From Torpedo marmorata (taxonomy: Eukaryota), in contig OZ360225.1 in NCBI GenBank assembly GCA_977017645.1, positions 62,434,001 through 62,498,000 of the forward strand: 64,000 nt of DNA. The letters are read 5' to 3'. A program made the translations under genes and the position numbers. Under the pieces are notes generated by a model that saw only the letters and a list, made by a program, of their open reading frames with translations, was not told where the DNA came from and made no database searches. This document shows, one piece after another, positions 1 through 13,900 of the stretch (the first letter of the stretch is position 1; every line of letters begins with the position of its first letter).

Positions 1-3000
1 TCTATCATGCAGTTGTGCCTCGCCTTTTACACCTACGATAGATAGTTTTAACATGACTTCAGTTTCTGATATGTTATACATGGTTGGTATAAGATGCATT
101 TTTATCCTGTTTGTTTAGTTTGTTTCTCCAAAAAAAGATATTCCACAATGAAAGAGTGAAGTCTTTCTAAAATGCAACAAATCCAAAATATGTAGTTTGA
201 CCTGCATTTCAAATAGTCCACTGTCAATCAGTGGTAGGAACATTTATGTAAATCATTATATCGCAACCTTGAATCCTACAGCAAAATGCGCAACGATCAG
301 AATCAGAATTTATTGTCATGAACAAGTCATGAAATTCGGTGTTTTGCAGCAGCATCATAGTGCAAACATTCATATTATAACCATCTTACAACATTACTAT
401 ATAAAAAAAAATAATAGTGCACGAAAAGTAAGGCAGTGTCTTTGATTCATTGATTATTCAGGAATCTGATGGCAGCGGGGAAGAAGCTGTCCTTGTGCCG
501 TTGAGTGCTCGTCTTTAGGCTCCTGTACCTTTTTTTGATGGTAGAAGAGTGAAGAGGGCATGGCCTGGGTGGTGGGGGTCTTTGAGGCTGGGGCTGCTTT
601 TTTAAGACACCGCCTCACGTAGATGTCCTCGATGGAGTGAAGTCTAGTGCCTGTGATGTCGCAGGCTGAGTTAACAACCCTCTGGAGTTTATTCTTGTCC
701 TGAGAGTTGGCGCCTCCATACCAGGCAGTGATGTAACCAGCCAGAATGCTCTCCATGGTACACCTGTAGAGTCTTCGATGACATATCGAATCTCAGAATC
801 AGAATCAGAATTTATTGTCATGAACAAGTCATGAAATTCGGTGTTTTGCGGCAGCATACTCACAAAGTATAGCCGCTGGCAAGCCTTCTTTGTGATTGCA
901 TCAACATGGAGGCTCCAGGACAGATCTTCGGAGATGTTGACACCCAGGAATTTGAAGTGCTTGACCCTCTCCACTACTGAGCCCTCGATGAGGACTGGGT
1001 CGTGTTCCCCTGACTTCCTCCTGAAGTCCACAATCATCTCCTTGGTTTTGCTAACGTTGAGTGCAAGGTTGTTGTCATTACACCATTCAACGAGCTGATC
1101 TATCTCCCTCCTGTACGCTTCCTCATGGCAGAGTGAGTTAGAAAGCTGTAACTGCAAAGAATTTTTCTGATATTCTTTAAGCATATTAATGATTTTCTTG
1201 AATCTTCCAAATAATTAAAGTAACAAGCAAATGATTCAAATCACTACAGAATCTGTTCTCAAATAATGAGCACAGATTCTGTACTGTACAAGAATATTGA
1301 GGGTTTAGTAGGTCCATTGACTGACTTAATTTGCAAGCTCTTCAAATCAATCTGTGCATCTTGACTTTTCTGGCATATTAGAGACAGTTATCCATCAATG
1401 GTTATTGAAACCCATGACAATATTACAATGGTCCTTTTGAAATACTTAATCTTTGCATTGGCAATCCCAATTCAGAACTTCCACCTATACTTTACAACCA
1501 ACCGATTACTTTGGATATTCTTCCCAATATAGATAAATAAATTTAACAGTATATTATAAAAATGTTATGTATCAAAATGAACAATTTATCATTCCTGAAA
1601 CAACTTTTCATTTAAAATATCTTGTGGAGAGTGGGCCTGGTTTGGTCAAATGCTTATTTACAGAACAATTTAATAAATTATAACTATTTCATTCTACTGT
1701 TATGGCACATCACAGAAACCTAATCGGCAAATGGTTTTGCAAGTATACAGCAGTAATAAACAAAACTTAACAAAAACAATTGCTGCAAGTTAGATTTTTA
1801 AAAATCCCTCTCTGATTATGCATAAAACTGAGAAAAGTAGAATCACAGAGGGCATTAGGAGGTGTAATTCAATCTTTGCATTCTGAAACATTCATTAAAG
1901 ACTCGAGCCTCTCTTATGTGATTTATGCCGACATAACCCCCAAGTTAAATAAAATCCATTAGCTTCCTGCCTAGCATTTATTATTCCCCATTCTAAAAAT
2001 CTATCCAAAAAATAGAGGTTTTCTCCACAAACACAAAAATTTTTATCTTAAATTCGAGTATCAGAAATGAGCCCATTTTCCTTTGTTAATGTTACCATTT
2101 TGTATTGCCCAATAACATATCCGAACAATAGCCATTGTCTTCAAGAAGGCAAAGCAGAGCACAAATATTCAACACAACTAATAACCATCATCATCCATCA
2201 CTTTCATAATCTGTAATCCTCCATTGGCAAAAGCATATTTGCATATCTGGAAATTGTATTAACTTATTGATCTGCAAATTTTTTTAAAATGAAGTTCAAT
2301 ATATATCAGAAACTTTGGCAAACCTTTGTATTTCAAGGTTTGTTTTGATGCTCATTTTCCAAAAATAAATATTTTAATTATGCAGTACAACAACTAATTC
2401 AGTTAAAAACAGTTTAATCATAACTTTTGTAAAAAAAATGTTATGATTTGCTTTACACTGGCTGCACTGTTGGACATTTCTTGTTCTCCCATCCATGACT
2501 ACTTCTGCCAAAATTTCCTGGCGACAAAATAAAAATTGGTTTGTTCCTTCTTATTTACAGTCATTAAGTAAGTAAAACGCTAAAAATTCTGGCACCCTAA
2601 TGCACAATCTTAAATGCAAGGCACTTGCTTGCAGTCCCTACCAATGTTGTTCCTATTTAAGGTACAGTTGAACCCGATTTAGTGTATTGGGTCAGTGTGG
2701 GCAAGGAAGTTGTTTCTGCCCAAAACACTTTACTGCAATTCCAATTCTTCAGTATTTTGCTTCAGAAATTTACCTGCAGTTTGCTCAGGTCATGTCTGCA
2801 TTTGACTGAACTTATGCAAATACAACAAAAATAAGAAAATGCCAGGCAAGTAAAATTAAATAATTTTTCAAAGCTATTTCAGACATTTACTGATCATTGA
2901 GCCCCAACGAAAGAAACTCCATATTAACAAGCCAAGCAATTTTTTTAAAAATGCATAATTCAAGGCGTTTTTTAATATAAAAACCACACTGAACTTTTTC

Positions 3001-6000
3001 CAGAAGACTGGTGCCAGTCGTAAATAACTGCTCAACTTAAATAGCAGAAGAAAGGGACTAATGTCTGTGTTACTTGGAATTGGAGTTTATCAGAATGTTT
3101 CCTTGCGGTATATTTTCACTGAAAATTTGTGATGAAGCGATCTCTGCTAGTTGAATAAAATTAATTGTTTTTTTTAACTCTTTATGATGCTAAGAATGCT
3201 GTGAAAAGAAGGATGAATCATCACAGACAGAACTCATGCTGGGAGACAGGAGGAGATAAATAGGGATTTCCCACAGAGTTTAACAATGCGGGAAAAATTC
3301 CAGAATGAATGGCAGATTCTCCCACCGTGGTCTTGCAATCCAAAAGACTGCCAGCAAGAGGCTGAACAGAGGAGGGCACTCTCGCTATGCTAAACCCTAT
3401 CACTGACCTGGCACATTCATTAAAATCTATTCAGTGGCCCAAGTCTCAGAATCTGTAGCATGGAACCACCTGTGGTACGGCCTGCCATAGTGTTCTATTG
3501 GAACAGTTGCATTTTCTAAGTATTACAGCATTGCATTACTCAGAGAAAACAATCAGCTCATTGTACACAAAGCACAGATGTGAATAGGGTTAAAACATTC
3601 CTGATATGATGTATTACTCTATCTTGAAAGAGTACTGTGATTTCCTTGGTCTTGAGTGAACAAAATTTCCTTTAAAGTTTAAAACGTTGATGTTACTTCC
3701 AGAATTGCTGATGAGCAGATGAGTGTTATTTTGCATAAAATACTGATTGCATAGGACATGAACTTTTAACAAGTCTAATTGACACACCTAGTGGGTGGTC
3801 TTAAAGAACTCTACCAAACGGTTGACTAAGGAACAGAGAACAAACAGGAGATTAAAAGAAGAAAACGCAGAGCCTTCTCTCACTGTGCTAATGTCTGCAA
3901 GCCAGGAACAAAACATTGAATTTAGGAAAACAACACTGTAAAATTGAAGGTTGAAGCTGACACACATCAAATTAAAAATTTTCGGTGTTCCTTTTGCAAA
4001 AGTGGCCTGATGTTAATGTGCCAACAAATGGTTTTACTTCTGCACTCAAAAATCGGAGATGGTTGACTTGCAATTGAATGAATCTGTCAAGAATCAGGTT
4101 ATTACAAAGGCAATCTTCAGCTTTCAACCATCAGCCCTGGATTGCTGCTTCCCCCAAGAAATGATCTCCAGTGGCCAACTGCCACAGAAGATTTGAGAGC
4201 TGTTCCATGCATCAGTGCAATATATCATAGTAAAAAGGAATAATCAAATGTTACATTTTAATTATTAAAAAACGAGTGACATTTAAAATTGGAGCTGTAC
4301 CTGCCTGCTTTGAGATGGTATCTGAAAAGTCCTCCTCTAAGACACAGCAAACTCAACAATGTGTTAACGTTCGTGCTGGTTTGAAGGTTCTGTCTCAATG
4401 ACGTCATGGATGGGCAACTGATAAATCTGAGACAGACACATATTCAACTTTTTCAGTGCTCTGAATCAGACCCAACAGTTCCCATTTTACAGCTTCCACA
4501 CACACAGCCATATTTCCCTTCCTTTACTGTCATGGCAAGGACCTCAACATTTGGCAGCAGGTGTGGCTTATGACACAATCTGCAACCATGACATCACATC
4601 CAGGTCATGCAGTTTGTGATACAGATTGCTCCATTGCCAGGAGGAAAGTTAATAAACAAAACAAGCAACAAAAAGAGGAAAGCCATCGATTTTGAAACTA
4701 GAGAGAGGCCTCAACAATAACACTAAAGTTTCCCTGAAGCAAACACATTTCCATGTTAAAATTGTGAAAACCAAGCAAAACAGAAATAAAGAATGTGATG
4801 TTCCATCATCACATTCATTTGAAAACTAAAGAATGGCAATCATTTCAATTTTGCTTACAACATGACAACATTTGCTTTTGGAAGGTTAAGAAACCAACCC
4901 CAGAAAAAGCATTCTCCCTACTTAAATAAAAACATTTCTCTTTATCTAGATGGGGCTGTGATAAGCTGCCACATGTAACAAACTCACTGTGATCCCTGTT
5001 TAACACTCAAATTCTGTGTTAACACTTAACAGAACAGTGGTAAGCTGTGCTGCCAAGGTCAACGGCACAGATGTACTAATTGTATTATGAGCTTGACATC
5101 TAGTGGCCACCTAAGGCAGGGCAAACCAGGCAAAGGTTAAATCAGCAAGCTCTGTCAAAGCACTTCTAACTACCCACCCTCAGGGATAACCCATCAGATG
5201 CTTGTTGGCACACCATGCAATCCCACCTTTTCAGTGAAGCCAAACAAAAGGAACTAATGTATTACACTAGACAACAATGTCGTGCTAATATAGAAAGGAA
5301 GCACAAAAGGGTCAAAACAACTCCATGGCTTTTGTTAGCGACCACAAATAAACCCAGCAACAATTTCTAACCATAATTACACCAAAATGTTTCAGTCACA
5401 ATCAGGAAATTACACAGCACAATTTTCCTCAGCAGGAACGCTCACCGCTAGTTAGACTGTCCCCTAATATTGAGGCTTGAAATATATATAAAATGGAAGA
5501 ACCATTCCAACTACAAGTTACAATATCTTTGCTTTGAAAATAATATAACATGCTTTGCACAAATGAGCCCCACCTTGGAGAATATTTTCATAATGCTGTC
5601 ATCCACATAAAACGTTCACTTCACAAGTAGCAGAATTACCAAATTCTGGTTAACATATATTGCCATCAACCAGCGCTGCTCTGATCAATGCCTAAGAAAA
5701 GGAAGATATGATCAAACCTATTTCTTGTAACAGCAACCAAGAAAATGAATAAAACTAAATCACTCAAAACAACCTCAAAATAAATGAGAAATGAATAATT
5801 TATCCTAAATACAGCATGTTATCATAAACTAGTTATTACTTAAAACCTTTTGCAGCTACCCAAATGTGGTCCAAAAAATGAAACAAAATGGCAATTACAA
5901 AATAATCTCTAAAAATATTTTACCAAAGACTTTGGAATAATAAAATCTAAAAATTGTGAAATTAACATTGTCCTTTGCATTTTATACATGTTCACTCAGA

Positions 6001-9000
6001 AACCAGAATAAACAAGTGAAATTTAGACTACCTGCATTCAAACCATTTTCTGATCAGCAGCTTAAGACGACCATGGACATTTTTACTTTTGTTTTCTCTA
6101 TCAAGTTAAGTTTTCTTTAAAAAACTGCACTAGCAAAGCAAGAGCTTGGTCTAAAACAGATTTTAGAATGGGACTAAATAAATTTATCAAACAAAAATTT
6201 CAATTTTTAATCCAAGGAGAAAATTGTATTATAATAATATTTAATTTCCTTGGCCTACAAGTTCTAAATTTTAATTCCCGAAAATCTATGGAATTGTCTT
6301 CAAAGGCCACAGACACATTTAAAAAATCAGAGTACAAAATGCTTTTGCAAAGTATTTAATTTGATTATTTTTAAGTGAAGAGAGAACAATCACTGCAGCG
6401 TTTAACTACTTTTTAGTTGTGAAAAAATGACACCGCATTATGCTGCGTAAGCATATGTTAAAAAGTACAATGTGCAGCCACAAATATAGTAACACTGACA
6501 GAGTTGGCTGTGTTCACTGGAGAAGATTTTTTTTCAGTAGGTAAAGTTCCAAGCAGTTGCTATTTATTGCTCTGTTACTCTTACTACGCAAGGAGACGAA
6601 TGTTTGTTAACGGTGCAACTGAGGGGGTTTTTTTTATTTGAAGTTGCAATTTCAAAAGGTAAGGCCTTACAAAAAAAACAGTTTATACTTTCTCTACCGA
6701 CTTCTTTTGAGGGAGAATTCATTTCAACAGGCGCTAGCAAAAATGAATGATCCACAAACATCATTGTTTTATGTTGGCAACATAATACTCTGGTACAAAT
6801 TTACCACAGTGTTTAACAAAATAAATCAAGGGTCATCCTTTACTGAAGCAAATTATTTCACTAACCATACCACCATCTGTCACAATTTAAAACTAAATTA
6901 TCTTTTCTGTTCTTTCCTCTGTAATGACAACTTAAAATTCCTGTTATATTTTCATTAATCAGTCGTTAATGTGACATAAAAAAGCACAAGGCAGTTCTAT
7001 CTGTGCGTATAAAATTTATTTACGGTTGTTGCAAACTCAACCTGCTATGAGTGAACAGTTTTAATTTAGCAGAGCAGCTAGAAGCAGAAGCAGAGATTTG
7101 GTACTGTCCATTGATGCCTCTTTCCAAGCATATCAGCTATTGTACTAAATAGATTACTATCATTACAAATGACAGGTCATAATACTTCCCACAGAGCTTT
7201 TTTTCTACAGTATTATCATTCAATTCTGCAAATATTAACACAAAACTGCACCCTGAGAGGAGTGTTTTGTCTTTATTAAAGATGGTTTTTGAAGCATAAA
7301 TCATTGAGCACACTCAGCCATGCAATGTATCGGGATGGGAAATTTAACTGACTCAATGGCATTAGAAACTCTTATTTACAGTATACCTATCCTAGTATTC
7401 AAGTTGTCCACTGTGTCATCTAACTTTAAGCTTGAGCTCTGCTATTTCAGTTCAAAAATGCGTGCATTTTCCATATTAATTCATGCAGGATTTACAGTAA
7501 GTGAAATCAATATAATCATCTTTAATTCTGCAGGATTACACGTACCTTTAGTGGAAATTAGCAAAGGCAATTCCATTCTCTATTTCATTATACCATCTCC
7601 AAAGTATGTCACAATAAGAATTATTGCACCGTCAATGCCAAGGAATTCAACACTTCACACACTGAAAAATAATGCATACTTGATTCACCAAAGGAAGGGG
7701 GAAATTACAACCCAGAGACTCTCTTACCCAATTAAATAATAACATGTAAACTTGCTTGATAACGCTCGTCATCGCGGTGGGTTTAAAAAAAACAGCCATT
7801 CATTCCTCTTCCTCTGAACTTCAATCAGTTTCTCTGTTGACTGCCAGATTGATGATGCGATGATCTGATTAAACCACCGCATTATATCGCAATCCCAATC
7901 TTAATGTGCGAAAACTAAACTTCAAACTTTTCCAGCAACCAATTGCCTCGTACATAGGCGTCCTGGTTAAAAAAAAACTCCCGAATAAATGCGGATGCTA
8001 AATACAATGGATAAATCTATTTTCCTTCCAATACTACTGCAGGTTACAATTTCCCTACCCAGGAATTCTGCAGCAGATGTTTTCGTGTATGGAAGTTTGT
8101 GGGTAAATATTGAACTAACATTACGAATTTTTTTTTGCACAAAACAGCAAAAATATATGGATTATTTCTGAAGGCCTCTCTCCCATTTACTTTTTAATGG
8201 CCTGAAATCGTTACATTGTTGAACTGATCTCTTGTGAGAGCCGATTTACAGCTATTCACACGTTACAATAATAAAGCTAAAAATTCCACACTGGGGTGCA
8301 GTGCAGTCCTTTTGATTGTAAAGCTGATCCATTCTCTACCCCCGCAGAAATAAATCCATTCATTTGGTCATGTAGTCTTGAGAGTGATAAAAACAAGCCC
8401 AAGTGTGAGAAATTCTACGTGATGAAGTAAACAAAAAACATTTCCATAACAAAAAAATACTTTGCAGTTCTACTCCTGCCTTATGCAAGCGTATGGTTCA
8501 ATTTGTTGATTTTATTTAAACCGGGCCCGCCTGAAATTGACCAGATGAAAACCATGCTCCCAATCGGTATTTTCTTACAAATTTAAATTCCAGTTATAAT
8601 TTTCATGTAATATAATTTTCCACGAAAAAGTCATATCAGGAAGGTAACTGTTTATTTGCCTGCGCGACTTCACAGATAAACTTTGAGCTTTAATTTGCCA
8701 CACACAAAAAAATATATATTTATAAAGTGAGAGGAAAGCAGTAAAATAGTAGTGTAACGCGAAGAACAATCTGGGAATCACTTTTGTAAATCAGATATAA
8801 CATGGTTCTTGTCTTACTTTCTCGCAATGTGATTTTCTCTGTCGTGACTCTGGGGAAAAGATTCAGTCCTTGAGCATGATGAAACAAATAGCATCTAAAC
8901 AGTGGCAAGCGGTTTTGGGAGCGTGAACTCTGACCACGATGCGTCTATTTTCACCCCGCTATGGCCTTCACAATAGGTGCAAACACGTTTTGACAGTTTA

Positions 9001-10513
9001 ATGCCGTCACCTTTTTTTTTACTAAGGAGGTTCTTTCTCTCCTTCGCCTCCTGGCTGCTTGCATTTTTGAAACTGAATTTCGCTTCCCCAAAATAAAATT
9101 GAATGACCTAACCTGCAACAGCGAGTTGAATAAAGATGCTAGTCAGTAAATGGACAGTTACATTTAATCCTCAGTAATGCAGCTAAAAAAAAACAAGGAC
9201 AGCAATAAAACCCTGTGCCCGTGTTAGAAGAGCGAATTCTTATTTTAGCTTAACGTTGAATATTTGTTTATTTTTTAGTTTTATGCTATTGTTGAATGGT
9301 GGTGATGGTGACGAATTTCGTGGGCGCTGTATTTCCAAGAGCAAGTACACTTCACTTAAGCAGGGCAAGTCTAAAATTCGATGCCTTTAACGTAACCAGC
9401 TTTGGGGGTCAAGCCCTGGAGTGGGAGATCAAAGATGGCTGGAAACTCAAAGTGGAGGTGGACTTTTTACACACACACACACACACACATAAACTGCATA
9501 CCCCCAAACTCCTTAGAATTATATAAATTCCCAGGCACAACGTAAATGTATATATTCTTCTAACAATCAAGCTAAATTTCTCCCCACCATCTCACACCAA
9601 ACTGAAAACTTCTGGCAAGCCCCAAACAAACCAGGATGTCCTTTCACGATCACACTGTTTATTTCTAAAAGCACGCGCGCGCACACACACACACACACAC
9701 GTACTCGCTCTCTTGCCTATCAATTGAAAGTTACAAGGTCCGGTATTAGGCGAATTAATAGCCCGGGGAGTAAAGGATTTAGCGACCAACGTAGTGTTCG
9801 CTCACATCTGTTACTTAAAACACTTCAACTGAAAGGTCTCTTGGAAACAACTCAGCTGGGAATGAGAGTGAGGGGAGGGGTGTTTGTATTTGTAGTTTGG
9901 TTTCCGGGGACCGAATCCCCGACTCCATCTGCCTCCAGTTCCCGTCTGTAGAGAGAGAGAGAGAGTGGGGGAAGAGACAGAGCTGGAATTAACCTCACTC
10001 TCTCCTCCTCCACGTCCACTGCTCCTATCCCACACACCCCCTCCAAAACATCTCCACGTCTTCTTGCAACAAACAAACACGGCAACACAGGGGAAATAAA
10101 AGTGAAAGATAATGCACTAATCCGGCTATATCACTTTCTCAAACTAACCGAACTCATGAAACTACTGGCGGCTTGCGCCGCTCACTCACAAGCAACCTAA
10201 AAACGGGTAAAAAAAACTGCTGCATTCCCCCTAATTCGTGTTCCGAAGTCCATATGAAAGGTAGGAGAGGGTGGAAGAGGGGGTGGACATCTGTACAAAC
10301 ATTGCACAGAGTTGCAATCTCGCACTAAAATATGATGTAAGCCCCCTTTCCCCTTAAAAAAATAAATGCATGAAAAAAATCTCCCTCCCGTCAACTTCAC
10401 CCTTGCCCTTTTCGGGACACGAACAATTTTGCAGGAAATTTGTAAATGTATATATAAAACCCCGGGGAAACAAACACAATCAAATAATAAGGATATTAGA
10501 AATGCATACTTAC
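1..10513 (-). other. SALL3: SALL3-like intron 1 (continues beyond window start)
   Basis: GTAAGT donor at 10513-10508 (minus); no zinc-finger exon 2 ORF anywhere in 1-10513. Confidence 0.75.
296..1126 (-). mobile_element. 5'-truncated Rex1/Babar-type LINE (RT C-terminal part, 3' UTR, (TCTGAT)n tail)
   Basis: ORFs 615-1184 and 454-756 read EEAYRREIDQLVEWCNDNNLALNVSKTKEMIVDFR...FKFLGVNISEDLSW and ESILAGYITAWYG...LQRVVNSA, typical of Rex1/Babar RT; 3' end ATGACAATAAATTCTGATTCTGAT on minus strand at ~296-320. Confidence 0.85.
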
Positions 10514-10589
10514 AATTTTGCGAAACTATTGCCACCGCTTCCTCGTCCGACTTGAGATGCTGGGGTTTAGCTTGCTTGCGGCGCGACAT
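10514..10589 (-). CDS. SALL3: Spalt-like transcription factor, coding exon 1 (NuRD-recruiting motif MSRRKQAKPQHL); most likely SALL3
   Basis: ATG at 10589-10587 in perfect Kozak GCCACCATG; 76 nt (MSRRKQAKPQHLKSDEEAVAIVSQN + 1 nt) then phase-1 GTAAGT donor; LKSDEE after the motif matches my recollection of SALL3 rather than SALL1 (HFQSD). Confidence 0.85.
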
Positions 10590-10900
10590 GGTGGCAGATA
10601 CATCAGCGAGGCATATAAAATTTTTTCACAAATACCGACTTGCAAAATTACGGAAATTAGCCGGGTAGGAGCGGCGCAAGTGCGCATGTCAGTATATAAT
10701 TATGATTATCAATAATGCATTGCGATTAATCATCGCCGCATCTGACAGACGATTGGATCCTTTCCAGAGGGGGGAGACACTTTGAGATTATTCAAATTAG
10801 AAGCAAGAAGGAGAGAGAGAGAGAGAGAGAGAGGTGAGAGAGGAATAGAGCCAGTAATCAATTAGCTGTGGCCCCAGTTACTTGCAAGGCTCAGCGTATA
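10590..10900 (-). promoter_or_regulatory. SALL3 5' UTR / proximal promoter
   Basis: Directly upstream of ATG; NRF1-like GCGCAAGTGCGCATG at ~10674-10688, CCAAT box (GATTGG 10751-10756), GA repeat ~10812-10840; lies in a visibly CpG-enriched, transposon-free zone (~7.7-15.9 kb). Confidence 0.55.
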
Positions 10901-13900
10901 CTGCTTTCAGTTCTTTCCCGAGTGCAGCGAACGGAAAGACAACCCAATAAGCAGCAAGCCTTGGCAGAGTTTGCAGAAATTCAGGAAAGGTCTCTTCGGA
11001 ATGATTGTTCTCTTCTTTCTTGTTGTGAAAAGTCTTCTTCACTGCCAGTGCTGAGGTGCAAACAGTCGCACACACAGACAAACGCGCGCACGCACACACA
11101 TATCTCTGTACCATGCACTGTTTAGAAATATGTTTATGATTGATTGTCACTTCGATTTGGACTGCTTTTAAAAACAAACTTTTCTCTGAAGTGTGTGCTT
11201 TATATACTTGTGTATATAGGTGTGTGTGTGCGCGCGTTCAGAGAGAGAGGTAATAGAAGGGAGCGAGGAGGAGCGGAGTGAATATCACATCTTCATGTCG
11301 GTCTCCATGCACTCGGCATGCGAGGCGTCGCTGAAAGGTTGCTGGTCGAGACCAAGACTTGGATGATGCGGAGTGTCACCGAACCAAAAATAAACAAAGT
11401 CCACCACCATATATATATGTAAAAAACAACCACATCATATACCGATTGCTTCTAATGTCCTTGGTAAAGTTGTCCGCGGTGTCCGCGCCGTCCTCTCGGT
11501 AACGTTTTGAGCACAGAGTTTGCAGGTGTACGGTGTTGGATGCAAGAAGAACCCTTGCGTGTTTCCCAGCCTGAGCCAACAAGTTGTTGGCTTTCCGCTA
11601 ACAGCATCAGCGCAACCAACACTACGAAATGCCGCCGCTAGGATGTACCAGATAGTTACTTTAACCCAACTCTTAAACATCGGCACCGATCGTCTCTCTC
11701 CCCCCACCCCCACCCCCCCCCCCCCCACACGCATATTTTATTTCTTTTTCCACAATCCATAGGCGCACAGTTTTATTAAAGATTTCTTGTCTTTTGACAA
11801 ATGTTCTTTCAATTTTTCATTTATTGAAACAATTGCGGATCACAGACCGCGTGTTCGGGTAGTTCTGGGGGCCTCGGTTACACACGTCGTTTGGTCCTCA
11901 CCAGTAACAGTTGGAACTGAGTATTTTTTTGCTTGCACTGACCATAAAAGCCATTAAAATCCTGTTATAACGATAAACACTTGTTGATCGCTGTGTCGCT
12001 AGCGAAAGTGTGGCACGGAATGCGCGATATTACCATAAACTTGTGGAAACTACAACGAAAGATTGCATCTCGGTCACCTGCCCCTTTAATAATTTACCAC
12101 CTAAAAATGTTAGATTTAAGAGGAAAACTGATTATTTTTTGATATGACATTGCATTCAAAATACTTTTAAAACACGTGGGTTATGCATTAAAATGCTTCC
12201 TTGAACGCAATTTCTGATTTCAAATAAGCCAATTAATGTCTAACCGCTTTAATGAATGCAGAACGCGCCTTTTCTCACTTTACATACTTTTTGCAACTTA
12301 ATAATGCAAGCTAAGGGATGAAGATATGTTTACACCGCAGCGATCGAAATGTTCACGGTGATTATCCAAGCGCGGCTCCACACGAAGCCAACATCTCTCC
12401 GCGCAGTAAGGCAGAATCATTTGAATATATGTTAAATAAATTTGACCCATTCGTTAACCCGAAACACCGATCGTGGCTCACCCCCACCCCGTCGTCTCCC
12501 CAAACTCCTTGGAAACTCACATTTACAAGCCGCTGCTGAATGCGAAACGGATCTCGCAATACTTGGATTCAATTAACACTTAAAATCCGTGATTTGTAAA
12601 TTCGCGGAACTTATAGAAATGTTAAGATTGTTTTAGACAACATCTCACTATTAAAGATGAAATAAAACGAATTCACAGCTTAAATATACATTTCAACCCT
12701 GCCGGTAATGTCTTCCATAGTTTTGAGAATCTTTAAAATAACATGCTAAATCTTAAAGTAATACAACGCCCAGATATTATTAACAATAAGGTATTTCAAT
12801 GATTATTTAGTTTAAAAATACGAATAAGTGGTCTCCTGGGGGAATAGCAGAGTTGGGGACGGGGAAATGTGAGAATTTATTAGATCTCAGCGAAGTTGCA
12901 TCAATAAAACTTGGAAAAACACAATCTACCTGTTTTCCTTTTTTGAAGTAACTATTTCTTAATTCTTGGTATCTGCGTCCTAGTAGTTTTAATTATAATA
13001 ATTTTTCAGAAGTCGCGATTGAACATATTTATCATTTAGATCGAGCGATAAGTATTTGAAGGCGAGTTTGAAAATATGTTTTTTGTTTTGTATGGGAAAT
13101 GACAAATGTTGGTAAATACTTTAAAGTATTAAAGAGGAAAATTTGCAACGTCTTTTTATCTTGGAACAATACTGCGTTCTGACTTCTTGACGCGTCAGCG
13201 AAATAAGGTTGGCAAAGTATTAGCCAGGTTAAATTATCAGCCATTGTATTTTCTTTTCTTGTACCTTACAGACAACGACAAACGAACAGTTTTTTTGGTC
13301 AGTTAACGCTTAGCTGAGCGAAGTCAAATGCTGACATTGAAAAGAATAATGAAAAAAAAATCCAAAAGATCAAGTTGGAATAAGATTGTAAAGCGGAATC
13401 CTTTGCTATGCATTCGGTTTGCTCTGGTGTTTTATTGGGCATTCTGACGATTTTGTCGATACGAGCGCTGATGTTATAGCTTCAGAACTTGATTTTTGCA
13501 CAGAGATGTCAAACAGTTTCCAAATATTCGCCCAACAGTCCACCATGATTCGGGAGAAGGGTAATAAATCCTGGATTTTTGTGCCGACATGCCTCGTTCT
13601 CAAATGAAACCAGAAATCATAAACGGGGTAAAAAAAAACCCTTTATGTGTGAAATGTGCGCTAAGTAAGCGACAATTAATTACACATCTGCTCACGTTCC
13701 CGTTGCACGGGACAGAGGTTAACATACCGATATTATATATTGTTATTACACCGACTGATAATTGATAATACAGCCTGTCATTCTGCAGCAATCACCGTGA
13801 TATATGTTACCATCAAATGGAAATCTCAGTTTCCTCCACCACGGCTAAACCCAAACAGCCTGTCAAACATCAATTGTAATCATTTTGTTTTTGGTTGTCG

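Noticed and set aside
7320-7739. 139-aa plus-strand ORF within SALL3 intron 1
   Set aside because: No recognisable homology; composition looks like random AT-rich sequence
10197-10513. 130-aa ORF extension of the SALL N-terminus
   Set aside because: Read-through past the GTAAGT donor into intron 1; similarity to SALL ends at the donor
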